Assembly: GCF_006345805.1 (NCBI RefSeq)
Contig: NC_042998.1
Location: 189,100,001-189,164,000, forward strand
Length of the DNA: 64,000 bases
Reading direction: 5' to 3'
Source of the DNA: Octopus sinensis
Lineage: Eukaryota
Position numbers and translations under genes: made by a program. Shown in pieces: positions 11,811-23,511 of the stretch. The notes under the pieces were generated by a model that saw only the letters and a list, made by a program, of their open reading frames with translations, ran no database searches and was not told where the DNA came from. Within the stretch, counting starts at the first letter, position 1; every line of letters starts with the position of its first letter.

Positions 11811-11814
11811 ATAT

Positions 11815-11894
<80 letters not shown>

Positions 11895-11895
11895 A
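11745..11895. repeat. (GT)n followed by (GATA)n
   Basis: Direct reading. Confidence 0.95.
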
Positions 11896-13104
11896 TAAAA
11901 CTTATTTGGAAAAGGGTTCGTGGCGTTGATCATCTAATAAAATAAATATATAAATATATGCATATATACATACATATATGTACATACCTACAATGTATAT
12001 ATACATGCATATATGGGTACAGGACATCAAAAAAACGTTGAGCACAATGAGAAGCGAAAACATAAAAACAAAAACATGGAAACAAACTTTTTTTTTCAAA
12101 CAACGAAAAACAGAGTACAAGGCATTCAACACAAGGAAAATTCCCCTTCTTCAGTCGGAAATAAGGTAAAGGATGACTCGTCCGAGGAAATAACATTCTT
12201 CCACTGCTCTAGGTTCTATCACAGTAGCACGATGACGGCTGGGTTCAGACTGTGATGCTCTGGGGCCCCTGCTGGGCCAGACTCTTTCATCTGATGTGGT
12301 TCCAGAGTCCTTACTGTCATTTACTTTTATACTGTTTTGGTACATCATTGATTGTTTACTTTATTAAGGTTACTGCCAGCCATTCAGTTGAGACTCGCAG
12401 TACTGTCAACAATCATCAATTAGTTAATTAATTAATTAATCAATCAATCAATCAATGTTGTTATCGTGCAGTGCCTGTGCAAGAAAATCTTTTTTAGTGA
12501 GGAAAAGCTGTGCATTGAGTCAATCCCACTCACTAAGCATCAGCAGCCATAATCCGAAAAGAAGAACAAGTCAACATCATCGGTAACCACTGAGCCGCAG
12601 GTTTTATGTCGGAGTTATCCCAGTTACCTTAGCTGCCTTCTCCTAGAAGGATGCCCTAACAAGGGCTAGAGGTCCTTCACTCCCGATGGTTTAACCACGC
12701 GATCGGGTATTCAGTCCCATTATTTCTATGTCCCCGCGCAAGCTACAGCCATAAGCTGGATAAAATAGATATAAAAAAAACACGTACTATATATAAAAAA
12801 TATTGATATACAATATAGACATAAGATATACGATATGGAATATATAAAAATATGTATAAATATATATAAAAACAAATATACAATATATAAAATTAGTGAG
12901 AAAAGTGAGGATATACAGTAAATACATAATTACACACATATTGGATGGCCGTTGACGGGTTTTGTTTTTCATCCCGCAGGGTGTCCAATAAACACCCTCC
13001 TCACCAAGCAAGCTTGGCGGGGTTGCCGGTTTAGTTGCCGACGGCCCGACCATGCTACAGGTTGTACTGGGTTACATGTTACCAGTAGCACTCGAAAGTG
13101 ACCT

Positions 13105-13177
13105 TATATATACATACATATATACATACATATATACATACATATATATACATACACACATACATACATACATACAT

Positions 13178-13212
<35 letters not shown>

Positions 13213-13620
13213 TACATACATACATACATACATACACACACACATACATACATACACACACACATACATACATACATACATACATACATACATACACACA
13301 CATACATACATACATACATACATACATACATACATACATACACACACATACATACATACAAACATACATACATACATACACACATACATACATACATACA
13401 TACACACACACATACATACATACATACATACATACATACATACATACATACATACATAATACATACATACATACATACATACATACATACATACATACAA
13501 CATACATACACACACACATACATACATACATACATACATACATACATACATACATACATACATAATACATACATACATACATACATACATACATACATAC
13601 ATACATACATACATGTACAT
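13105..13620. repeat. (TACA)n/(CA)n compound microsatellite
   Basis: Direct reading; source of the HTYI/MYVC ORFs. Confidence 0.96.
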
Positions 13621-13889
13621 AATACATATTGAAGGTAATAGAAATGAAAGTAATATATATAGATACATAATGAAAGTAATTGAAATAGAAACCATTAGGC
13701 AAGAAGTTGAACATTTATTTTGACCCATGATGCTAAATGGGCCCTAAGTAAGGAATGTGTAAAATTTGAATGAAATCCGTTGGGTAGTTCTCGAGTGTTA
13801 GTGATGCACACATACAGACAGGTAGAAACACACACACACACACTCACACACTTTCTCTGCTTTATATGTATATGTGACCGCGTGTGTAC

Positions 13890-14079
13890 CGTTGGCGATT
13901 TTTTTCTTCTGTCTTCCCTTCTCTGGATCTTTCCTTCTCCTATGTTTCCGACGAAGAGCTCCGCTCAAAACGTTAAACCCTCCTTCTTTCCTTCTTTCCT
14001 GAGCGTCCAATAATATATATTTGTTCCACGTCCTCGCGTTGTTGTGTGTTTTTTGTGCTTTCATGTTTGGATTAACTTT

Positions 14080-14085
<6 letters not shown>
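13890..14085 (+). mobile_element. Short Penelope-like terminal fragment with a hammerhead motif, ending at (TA)n
   Basis: GTTT CCGACGA A-GAGC-TCC-GCTC AAA ACGT T AAAC at 13944-13978 (G12 mutated to A); downstream CCTGAGCGTCCAATAATA..CACGT as in the 6150 and 29680 copies. Confidence 0.6.
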
Positions 14086-14136
<51 letters not shown>

Positions 14137-14419
14137 TTAGTGGGTCGTATGACGTACCTAGAATTATAATAACTCATAAAAACACTTTCAGTTTTTGCCC
14201 AGGAAAACCACTTTTTAGCAAAGAAGACACTTTCACTTTTTGACCTGGCAAACATCCCCTCTGGCAGGATAAATACTGGGGGGGACATGCAAATGAAGAA
14301 GTATCACAATTCTTTTTGACAAAAATAAATTTTACTATTTGTTGTATTTCCCTCTTTCAATTCCTCTTCTTTGTCATTATCTGTGGCCTTAAGATTTCTT
14401 TTAATTAATCTTCCTTCGG

Positions 14420-14618
14420 TTTCCTTTTCTCTTTGCTCCCTTCCTTTTCATAACCCTTCTTCTCTCTCTCTCCCTCTCTCCCTCCCCCTGTCTCTCCCCC
14501 TATTTCTCTCCCCTTTTATACCTTTCTTTCCCTTCTATTCCCTCTATTCCTATCTCCCTTTCTCTCTCTCTCTCTTTCTCTATCTATCAATCTATCGATC
14601 TATCTATTTATCTCCCTT

Positions 14619-14649
<31 letters not shown>

Positions 14650-14682
14650 ATCTATCAATCTATCGATCTATCTATTTATCTC

Positions 14683-14719
<37 letters not shown>

Positions 14720-14900
14720 CTATCGATCTATCTATCTGTTTGTCTGTCTATCTTTAACGTTATGTCTTTCTCTTTCTCCCTCTCTCCCTCTCTCTCTCCC
14801 TATCTTTCTCTATCTGTCAATCTATCGATCTATCTATCTGTTTGTCTGTCTATCTTTAACGTTATTTCTTTATCTTTTTCTTTCTCTCTTTCTTTCTTTC

Positions 14901-14931
<31 letters not shown>

Positions 14932-14935
14932 CACC
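14420..14935. repeat. CT-rich low-complexity tract with duplicated ~70-100-bp subunits (TCTATCAATCTATCGATCTATC..)
   Basis: Direct reading. Confidence 0.9.
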
Positions 14936-15559
14936 TTACTCTTTCTTCATCCGGGGCTTTATTTCCCATCTTGCTTAATTGTCTTGAAACTAGGACAACC
15001 TTTCTCAGTGATTGTTATATTACCGTTTTCCTTAAAGATACATTTTATTTACTTCTCTTCAAAATAAAACATTTGAAACAAAACCCCTCTTGCTACGTTA
15101 ATAGCATTCACTTGATTTATTTAGCATTTTCCTACTTCAAAATACATAAGTCACTTTTCTATTCTTATATGGGCTTCTTTTTCTTTTTTTGTTGATGGTT
15201 TTATTGCGCTGGTTGTGGCTACTATAAGATAAATAAACGCTGGTAATAAAATCTCAAGGATTTCGTTACAGTTAGGATTACAGAAGAGTCTAGTTTACTA
15301 GTTTTGTGTTTTTAATGCTATCACTTGAACTAAGAACCAGTTATATATTATATATTAAAAAGGAGCCACGTACGACACTCTTGCAGGAGATGCTATACTT
15401 GATAGAATTTATTAGTGCTTTCAATCCAAAAGGATTATGCTTGAACATCAGTGTTATTAATTAGTACGTCAACAATTAATTAGTATGTCAACAAGTAATC
15501 ATAAAAATAGCTTGATCCGAAATGATAAACAGTATTGTTTAGCTTATCAGTCATATTAT

Positions 15560-15990
15560 ATGCCCTCATTTGGCTGCCTTCGTTTTCTTCACAACCTTCC
15601 TATTCGCGGCATCGTATTTGTTTCTTTATTACCCACAAGGGGCTAAACATAGAATGGACAAACAAGGACAGACAAACGGATCAAGTCGATTACATCGACC
15701 CCAGTGCGTAACTGGTACTTAATTTATCGACCCCGAAAGGATGAAAGGCAAAGTCGACCTCGGTGGAATTTGAACTCAGAACGTAACGGCAGACAAAATA
15801 CGGCTACGCATTTCGCCCGGCGTGCTAACGTTTCTGCCAGCTCGCCGCCTTTATTCGCAGCATCGTATTGCTGACTTGTCTCCTGACACATTAGCCTGGT
15901 ATTCCTCAGGGCCTGTCTTAAATCACTTAGATCCAAGATGTCAACAGTGACCCATGGTTTCTTTTTCCTTCCCCCCAACAAAGTGATTAA
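15560..15990 (-). pseudogene. RTE-clade LINE ORF fragment (endonuclease-RT linker) split by a SINE
   Basis: Minus-strand peptide RKKKPWVTVDILDLSDLRQALRNTRLMCQETSQQYDAAN resumes after the SINE as NRKVVKKTKAAK; resembles the recalled RTE motif KKPWVT..ILDL..YREANRKVRKKMKAAK. Confidence 0.75.
15621..15851 (-). mobile_element. SINE family B, full length
   Basis: TSD TATTCGC(G/A)GCATCGTATT on both sides (~15601-15618 and ~15852-15869). Confidence 0.95.
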
Positions 15991-16081
15991 AAAATAAGAC
16001 AATTGTATTTGCTAGTTTCTAACAATAACATGCATCTTAATATTAAATTCTAATTAACACAAGTTATTATTACATTAAAAA

Positions 16082-16419
16082 CAAGGCGGCGATTGGACAG
16101 AAGCGTTAGCAAGTAGAGGTTGACATTGCCTTTCGGGATCGATGAAATAAGTACCAGTTGAGTACAAGGGTTGTGGAATTGACTTGCTTCCTCCAACAAA
16201 AATTTTCAGGCTTTATACCTACATTAAAAAGGATCTGAAGGGAAGAAATATTGACAAATCTGAGTTCAAATTCCGCCGAGGTTGACTTTGCCTTTCATCT
16301 TTTCGGGGTCGATTAAATAAGTACCAGTTACGGACTGAGGTCGATATGTCGACTTAATCCGTTTGTCTGTCCTTGTTTGTCCCCTCTGTGTGTAGCACCT
16401 TGTGAGCAGTAAAGAAATA
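16082..16419 (+). mobile_element. Old B2-type SINE (16082-16225) followed by a 5'-truncated family-B SINE (16259-16419)
   Basis: The truncated B copy is flanked by the TSD AGAAATATTGACAA. Confidence 0.85.
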
Positions 16420-16645
16420 AGAAATATTGACAAGTGTATTGACCCTATTACAGAGCTAATAATTCTACCCCCACCTGAGTAAAACTAAGGCAAATATGTT
16501 AGAATTTAATTACAGTACTCTATTCTAGAGATCATTTTGAAAACAAAGTTTGAAAACTTATCATAAATCTAAGATATTCTACAATCTGAGTTTAAGTTTT
16601 ACCATTCTGATTTTTTCTTTTATCCTTTTGGAATGAAAGCACTAA

Positions 16646-16711
16646 TAAATTCTATATAAATTCTATATAAATTCTATATAAATTCTATATAAATTCTATA
16701 TAAATTCTATA
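16646..16711. repeat. 11-bp tandem repeat (TAAATTCTATA)x~6
   Basis: Direct reading. Confidence 0.92.
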
Positions 16712-16864
16712 GACGCAGTCAAGAGAAACAGTATTCAATATGTAACGGATTTAAGCCGACGCACGACTGTGTCGCAGCGAGTCATTCGTCTTAAGGATTT
16801 TTTCTTTGCTTACAATCAGTACGGTTCGGTATGTGTATGTATGTTTCTAAACGCTGCTACTGAG

Positions 16865-17202
16865 AGACCCCCTTCGGTCATGACTAACCATGGGCTTGCA
16901 CCTAGAAAGCTACTCTCCCAGGCACAAGTCTGGGCAAGGTAGTTTTTTTTATGGAAGACCAGCAGTCGCCTATGCATACCGGCCTCCTCTCTCCACGCCA
17001 CCAGTGTTATCCTAGAGATAGGATAGGGCTGATACAGCTTGGCACCAGTAACGTCGCAACTCATTTCTACAGCTGAGTGAACTGGAGCAACTGGAGTAAA
17101 GTGTCTTGCTCAAGAACACAACACGCAGCCCGGTCCGGGATTCGAACTCACAACCTCACGATCGTAAGCTCGACGCTATAACCACTAAGCCATGCGCCTT
17201 CA
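16865..17202 (-). mobile_element. SINE family C (tRNA-like head)
   Basis: Minus strand GAAGGCGCATGGCTTAGTGGTTA..GAGTTCGAATCCCGGACCGGG..TTCTTGAGCAAGACACTT..GGTTAGTCATGACCGAAGGGGGTCTC. Confidence 0.92.
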
Positions 17203-17620
17203 CATTTTTACACACATATTTAGAAAAAAATGTTTCTAAATATGTCTGTAAAAATGTGGGCGTGGGGTACGGCAGAATGATGTACTCCAGGATATTACTG
17301 ATCCATGTTGGAGGAATAAACGTAATGTTACAGAAGACAAAACGACTCCAATTGGTTTCAGGCATAATTTATTAATTATATATATATATAAAGATAGTGT
17401 CTGTTGGCAAATGGTTTGTCTGGAATAGAATATAATGACATTAAAAGGTAAATATGAAATAAACTACTTTCATTGGCTTGGCGATTGTTGCAGAGAGATA
17501 TATGATATTTATACGCATCGAATGATAAAAATAAATGAGACCATCTCTTTTCCCTCCTCCCACTTTTTTACTTTCTCCTCTTATTTTTTTATCATTATAA
17601 TTTCTATTATTAGTAAGTAC

Positions 17621-18397
17621 TGAAAGTGGCGATCTGGTAGAATAGTTACCGCGCCGGGCAAAAGCTTAGCAGTATTTCGTCTGCCGTTACGTTCTCAGCT
17701 CAAATTCCGCCGAGGTCGACTTTGCCTTTCATCCTTTCGGGGTCGATTAAATAAGTACCAGTTACGCACTGGGGTCGATATAATCGACTTAATCCATCTG
17801 CCTGTCCTTGTTTGTCCTCTCTGTGTTTAACCCCTTGTGGGTAGTAAAGAAATAGAAATAGGTATGTCGTCTGCCGCTACCTTCTGAGTTCAAATTCCGC
17901 CGAGGTCGACTTTGCCTTTCATCCTTTCGGGGTCGATAAATTAAGTACCAGTTACGCACTGGGGTCGATATAATCGACTTAATCCGTCTGCCTGTCCTTG
18001 TTTGTCCTCTCTGTGTTTAACCCCTTGTGGGTAGTAAAGAAATAGAAATAGGTATGTCGTCTGCCGCTACCTTCTGAGTTCAAATTCCGCCGAGGTCGAC
18101 TTTGCCTTTCATCCTTTCGGGGTCGATAAATTAAGTACCAGTTACGCACTGGGGTCGATATAATCGACTTAATCCGTCTGCCTGCCTGTTTGTCTCCTCT
18201 GTGTTTAGCCCCTCGTGGGTAGTAAAGAAATGGGTATTTCGTCCGTCTTTACGTTCTCAGCTCAGATTCCACCGAAGTCGGCTTTGCCTATCAACCTTCT
18301 GGGGTCGATAATATAAGTACCAGTTGAACACTGAGGTCGATGTAATCGATTTATCTCCTCCCCCGAAATTTCTGGCCTTGTGCCAAAATTTGAAACC
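17621..18397 (+). mobile_element. Tandem SINE array: B2-like head, three B units (~190-bp period), B2-type final unit
   Basis: Units restart at GGTAT(G/T)TCG at 17861, 18051 and ~18232; the whole array is flanked by TTATTAGTAAGTA. Confidence 0.9.
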
Positions 18398-18414
18398 ATT
18401 ATTAGTAAGTATCG

Positions 18415-18630
18415 CATGGCGGTAAGCTGAGAGAATCGTTGCCGCGCCAGAAAAAATGCTTAGCGATATTTCTTCCGGATCTTTACATCCTGAGTTCAAA
18501 TGCGAGTAAGGTCGACTTTGATTTTCATCCTTTCAGAGTCGATAAAATAAATACCAGTTGAGCATTTGGCGGGGCGATGGAATTCCTCTTAAAATTACTG
18601 GCCTTGGGCTAAAATTAAAAAGAATTATTA
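18415..18630 (+). mobile_element. Diverged B2-type SINE
   Basis: GGCGGTAAGCTGAGAGAATCG..GAGTTCAAAT..GTCGACTTTG..CTGGCCTTGGGCTAAAATT. Confidence 0.8.
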
Positions 18631-18907
18631 ATGAGTATTGTGAAGCAATAGGCAGAACTTAATTAATGAACAATGCAGTTTCGATTTCTACATGAAGACG
18701 TTTCACTTAAAATGCGCCACTAATATCCTTCAGAAGAGGAAAAGGTCACAGAAAATCTTCCCCGTCTTATAAAAGGCTATAAATATAAGAAATTATAATT
18801 TTTATTGTAGCAGTAATTGTTATCTTATTCTTCACCATATTGAACATAACACTACGATGTTTCACAGATAAGGTATTAGCCTAATGTTTTAATAGGAAGA
18901 GAAATTG

Positions 18908-18941
18908 TTTTAGCGTTTCGGATGTTATTCCTTCATCAGAA
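18908..18941 (-). ncRNA. Hammerhead motif with canonical CUGAUGA core, stem III damaged
   Basis: Minus strand: TT CTGATGA A-GGA-ATAACA-TCC GAA ACGC T AA. Confidence 0.5.
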
Positions 18942-19127
18942 GAAAGAGAGAAGTGTAGGGAAAGTGATAGATTAGAAATGTGTTTGTCTGCATATGTTTC
19001 TATACATATACACACTCATATGTATAAAGTATATACGTGTGTGACATGTATGTATGCATGTGTGTTTTGAAATGATGACTTTTACAGATATACTTAAATA
19101 CATTTTTGCAATATATTTTATAACTAT

Positions 19128-19350
19128 AAGGCGGCGAACTGGCAGAATCGTTAGCACGACGGGTAAAATGCTTAGCAGCATTTCGTCCGTCTTTACGTTC
19201 TGATTTCTAATTCCGCCGCTGTTGACTTTGCCTTTCATCCTGTCGGGATCTATAAAATAAGTATCAGTTGAGCACTGATGATTGATATTATCGACTTAAC
19301 CCCTCCCTCCGAAATTGCTGACCTTGTGCCAACATTTCAAAAACAATATT
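19128..19350 (+). mobile_element. B2-type SINE
   Basis: TAAGGCGGCGAACTGGCAGAATCG..CCCCTCCCTCCGAAATTGCTGACCTTGTGCCAAC. Confidence 0.88.
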
Positions 19351-19914
19351 TTATAATTGTATATATGTGTTTGCTTATGTTTTTTGTCTGTATTTTTGCG
19401 TATGTTGTTATTGTTGTGGTTGTAATTTAACCCCAAAACGAGCCTGACTGAGCAGATCATTGTTAATTAGTCTGAAGTGGTGGGCATCCCGTCTTTTTAG
19501 GTATGACTAGGACCGCTTTATATATAGTGATCCTTTTTTTCTTAAAGATTGTAGGAAATCATTTGAAGATAGATATGGCTTTTATTTCTGAGAGGTCTAT
19601 AGATTATCCCAACCATTTCGACAAATAAACGCCCATCTATTCAATCAAATGAACAACATGCTCACTAAATTACGTGCGAATTCGGTATTTTCGTTCTACG
19701 GACGAAAGATTACGTAAGTAATTTATTCGGTAATAGACGAAACCGGTATACGATTAATTCTTGTTTTTTATATAATTTTCATCTGTCTTGCCCGCCTATA
19801 TTTTGGTGTTCGCTGAATTTTCTCTGGAGAACATTCTTTCTTTGTAGTTAGATCGTATGTGATCTTCTTCTAGCATATGGTTATCCACCTAGTGCTTTTA
19901 ACTCTAAATATACA

Positions 19915-20240
19915 CATGTATTGAATGTTGGTTCAGATGATAGCACTGACAAGACTAGCCGTGTTTCTTCAGGGTTTCAAAACCATCAGAGTAATTTGAA
20001 ATCTTCTGCTTCAGTACAATCCTCATTTACCGTTACGAATACGCACACTTTCGAAGCCCTATTGGCTCTTAACCAATTCCAGTGAATACCAACCATCACT
20101 ATCTCACTTTCTGTCCACTGTGCAATTTAGACAACTCATTACCAGATTGTCCTTACCATGCAACACTGATCCACAAATCCGCTGATGTTTCGAGTTAACT
20201 GCATATCAGAACTCTATCAGTTCTATGCGCAGCATTCTTC
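19915..20240. repeat. Unidentified ~325-bp repeat, copy 1
   Basis: Collinear, apparently gap-free similarity to 22915-23240 and partial similarity to 20865-20960. Confidence 0.9.
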
Positions 20241-20620
20241 ACGTTCTGTATTCAAATTCCACCGACGTCAAGTTAGCCTTTCATCCTTTTAGGATCGATA
20301 AATTAAGTACCAGTTGAGTATTGGATCGCTGTAATTGACATACACCTTCCTCCAAAATTTCTGGCCTTGTGCCAAAATTTGAAACCTGTATTGAGGTTAA
20401 CTAAGGCGGTGGGCTGGCAGATTCACTAGCACTCCAGATAAAATACATAACGACATTTCGTCCGCCTTTAAGCCCTCAGTTTAAATTCCACCGTAGTTGA
20501 CTTGGCCTTCCATCTTTTCAAAGCTGATGAAAAATAGTACCATTGGTGCACAAGGGGAGTCGACTAACCCCTCCCTAAAAATTTCAGGCCACATGCTCAT
20601 AACAGAAAAGAATATTAACA
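20240..20620 (+). mobile_element. Two degraded B2-type SINEs in tandem
   Basis: CAAATTCCACCG..AGCCTTTCATCC..CTGGCCTTGTGCC tail; second head at ~20400. Confidence 0.75.
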
Positions 20621-21319
20621 CGAACTTCATTATATAATTAGCAATAAATATTTAGTGATAAAGGTACAATACTTTTAGTTGAATGAAATGTACAACACGT
20701 GTGAGATTTTGCGGATTTTCAAGACACGCACCTTGCGGCTTATTCAGTCATACTAACTGAATAACTGCAAGAAATAAAAATTGAAACCTCAATCAAACCA
20801 GTATATATAGGGGTGGGGTATGGGTGTATTTATTTTTGAATGTGAGTATGTACGTACGAATGTCGGCTCTGGTGATAACACTGACAAGACTAGTTGTGTT
20901 CCTTCTGAGATTCGAAATTATCAAAGTAATTTGAAATCTGACGATTTCGGAAGTCGAAAGAAACACAAATAGTTTAGTAAGTGCTATTATCTGAATAAAC
21001 ATATATCTAGTATATGTTATTAGATCGAGGTTCTCCTAGCCGAATTTACATACCTACACCTATACATACGTACATGCATACATACATACATGAGTGTACG
21101 TATGTGTACATATAAAGAGAGAGAAAACTGAGAGAGACTTGTGTGTATTTGTGTGTGTGTTGAGAATAGGGGTTTACAAAATCCAGACGAGTGCCCGAGC
21201 CAACACTCCATGTGAAATCTTAACAAACAGAATGTATGGGAGATAGAATAAAATGAGAGGGCAGTGTTCGTTTGATCCAAATAACATTCAATACAAACTG
21301 TGAATTCTAAGAATAGATA

Positions 21320-21497
21320 GATAGACAGACAGACAGATACAATATGTATATATGTATGTAGATGTATATATATGTATATTATATATATATATATATATAT
21401 ATGCATGTATATATATATATGCATGTATATATATATATGGATATGTATGTATATATATATATATATGTATGTATATATATATATATATATATGTATG

Positions 21498-21528
<31 letters not shown>

Positions 21529-21547
21529 GTATGTATATATATATATG

Positions 21548-21584
<37 letters not shown>

Positions 21585-21651
21585 TTTGATACTTTGATAG
21601 GTTTCGGCCATTATTGGCCCAGGCCATATATATATATATATAATATATATG

Positions 21652-21682
<31 letters not shown>

Positions 21683-21758
21683 GTGTGTATATATGTATAT
21701 ATATGTATATATGTATATATATATATATGTATATGCATATATATATATGTATATATGT

Positions 21759-21804
<46 letters not shown>

Positions 21805-22059
21805 CATACATACTTATATGTGTATATATATATATTTATGTATATAAACAGATACATCTAAAAACTTACATATATTTGTGTACGTATATGTACACATGTA
21901 TACACAAATATATTTTTGTATGTGTGTATGTATGTTTTGCAAATTTGTACTTGTCTAGAAAGTAACTCGATGTGAAACTGTTGACAATGAAGCAATTACA
22001 GCAGGGAAAAACCATTTTTAAATTACTTAAATGGCTCTTGCATGACGTAATTGATATTA

Positions 22060-22097
<38 letters not shown>

Positions 22098-22098
22098 T

Positions 22099-22156
<58 letters not shown>

Positions 22157-22173
22157 TGACATATATATATGCG

Positions 22174-22246
<73 letters not shown>

Positions 22247-22305
22247 AAGACAACCAGACCTACATACATACATACATACATACATACATACATACATACA
22301 TCTGC
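21320..22305. repeat. Compound (TA)n/(TATG)n/(GATA)n/(TACA)n microsatellite field
   Basis: Direct reading. Confidence 0.95.
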
Positions 22306-22914
22306 AATATTTTCTAATTTTACTCATTCGTATTCTGCAGCGAACTTTTCATTCGGTGTGGTTAATTTGTCTTTGCAAATTATTTCAGACAAGCGATGAA
22401 ATGTTGGCGAGTAATTAATTAGATTTTACGATGGAGTAAATGAAATCAATAACATAAAGAAAAATAATAATACTTCATGGAAAATAAATGTTAGGCTGCT
22501 GAGGAGATCATCTTTGTGTTTCTGATCAATGATCCTCGACGAGGAATTATATGCATTCAAGAATGCATGCAACACTTCTTGGTTCTGCCAGACCTCATAA
22601 TAATTTGCCAGCGATCATAATATTTTGTAATACCAGTGTGTATAACATTTATAAAGTGCGTGCAAACGTAGGTAATTTCTAGCTGTAATATTTTGTGTCG
22701 GAGAAATTTCTCAATGAGAGTTATGTCTTAAAATCGCCACTTTCCTAAAACAAGTCCAGAGTTTTTAACACACAGGCGTCTTTGAGAAGTTTCTCTAAGA
22801 CAAATTATTACAGTTAATACCGTTCCACATTTATATGCACATTGTAAATGTAATGCACGCCAGTATTATAATCAAAGGCTGTAATATTAAATTAAACCAT
22901 TTTCGTTTGTGAGC

Positions 22915-23240
22915 ATGCATTTATGAATGTTGGTTCAGATGATAGCACTGACAAGACTAGTTGAGTGTCTTCCGAGTTTCGAAATCATCATAATAATTTG
23001 AAATCTTCTGTTTCAGTACAATCCTCATTTACCTTTACGAATACGTGGACTTTCGAAGCCCTATTGGCTCTTAACCAATTCCAGTCATCACCAACCATCG
23101 CTATCTCACTCTCTGTCCACCGTACAATTTAGACAACTCATTGCCAGATTGTCCTTACCATACAACACTGATCCACAAATCCGCTGATGTTTCGAATTAA
23201 CTGCATATCAGAACTCTATCAGTTCTATGCTCAGCATTCT
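22915..23240. repeat. Unidentified ~325-bp repeat, copy 2
   Basis: See copy 1 at 19915-20240. Confidence 0.9.
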
Positions 23241-23511
23241 TGATTGCAAATGTGGCTTACCTCTAACCCTCTGAGACTGCTTAGCGGGGGGGGGGGGCAA
23301 AAACCATCTTCCTATATAACGTCTCTTTGTATTCTTCATACAACCAAAACCGAAAACCTCAAAACACGCAAGGGTCACTCTTAGCTCCCGCTCAGTATTA
23401 TATTTAAAAAGTTACGCACATATCTCATGGAATACTACTAGAATTACAGTTATAGAGTCAAAACGGAAACAATTTACGTGCCACTTAAGATGACCATAAA
23501 AAAAAATGAAT

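Noticed and set aside
12945-13100. HDV-like ribozyme fold
   Set aside because: I could not satisfy P1/P2/P3/P1.1 pairing by eye on either strand; kept only as an unexplained structured island.
13052-13728. HTYI/MYVC ORFs, and similar IY, CV, SL and ER ORFs at 21-22 kb, 30 kb, 40 kb and 45-48 kb
   Set aside because: Microsatellite translations.
16865-17202. tRNA genes suggested by A/B boxes in families A, B and C
   Set aside because: The heads do not form complete cloverleaves and continue into SINE bodies with tails and TSDs; anticodon identity could not be fixed.
18690-18745. Hammerhead-like GAAACGTC with upstream CTGAAGG (minus strand)
   Set aside because: A9 is missing, there is no stem II, and stem I does not pair.
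20180-20215. CTGATAT..CTCGAAACATC on the minus strand in the 325-bp repeat
   Set aside because: The core is not CUGANGA, stem III is not palindromic, and stem I is absent.
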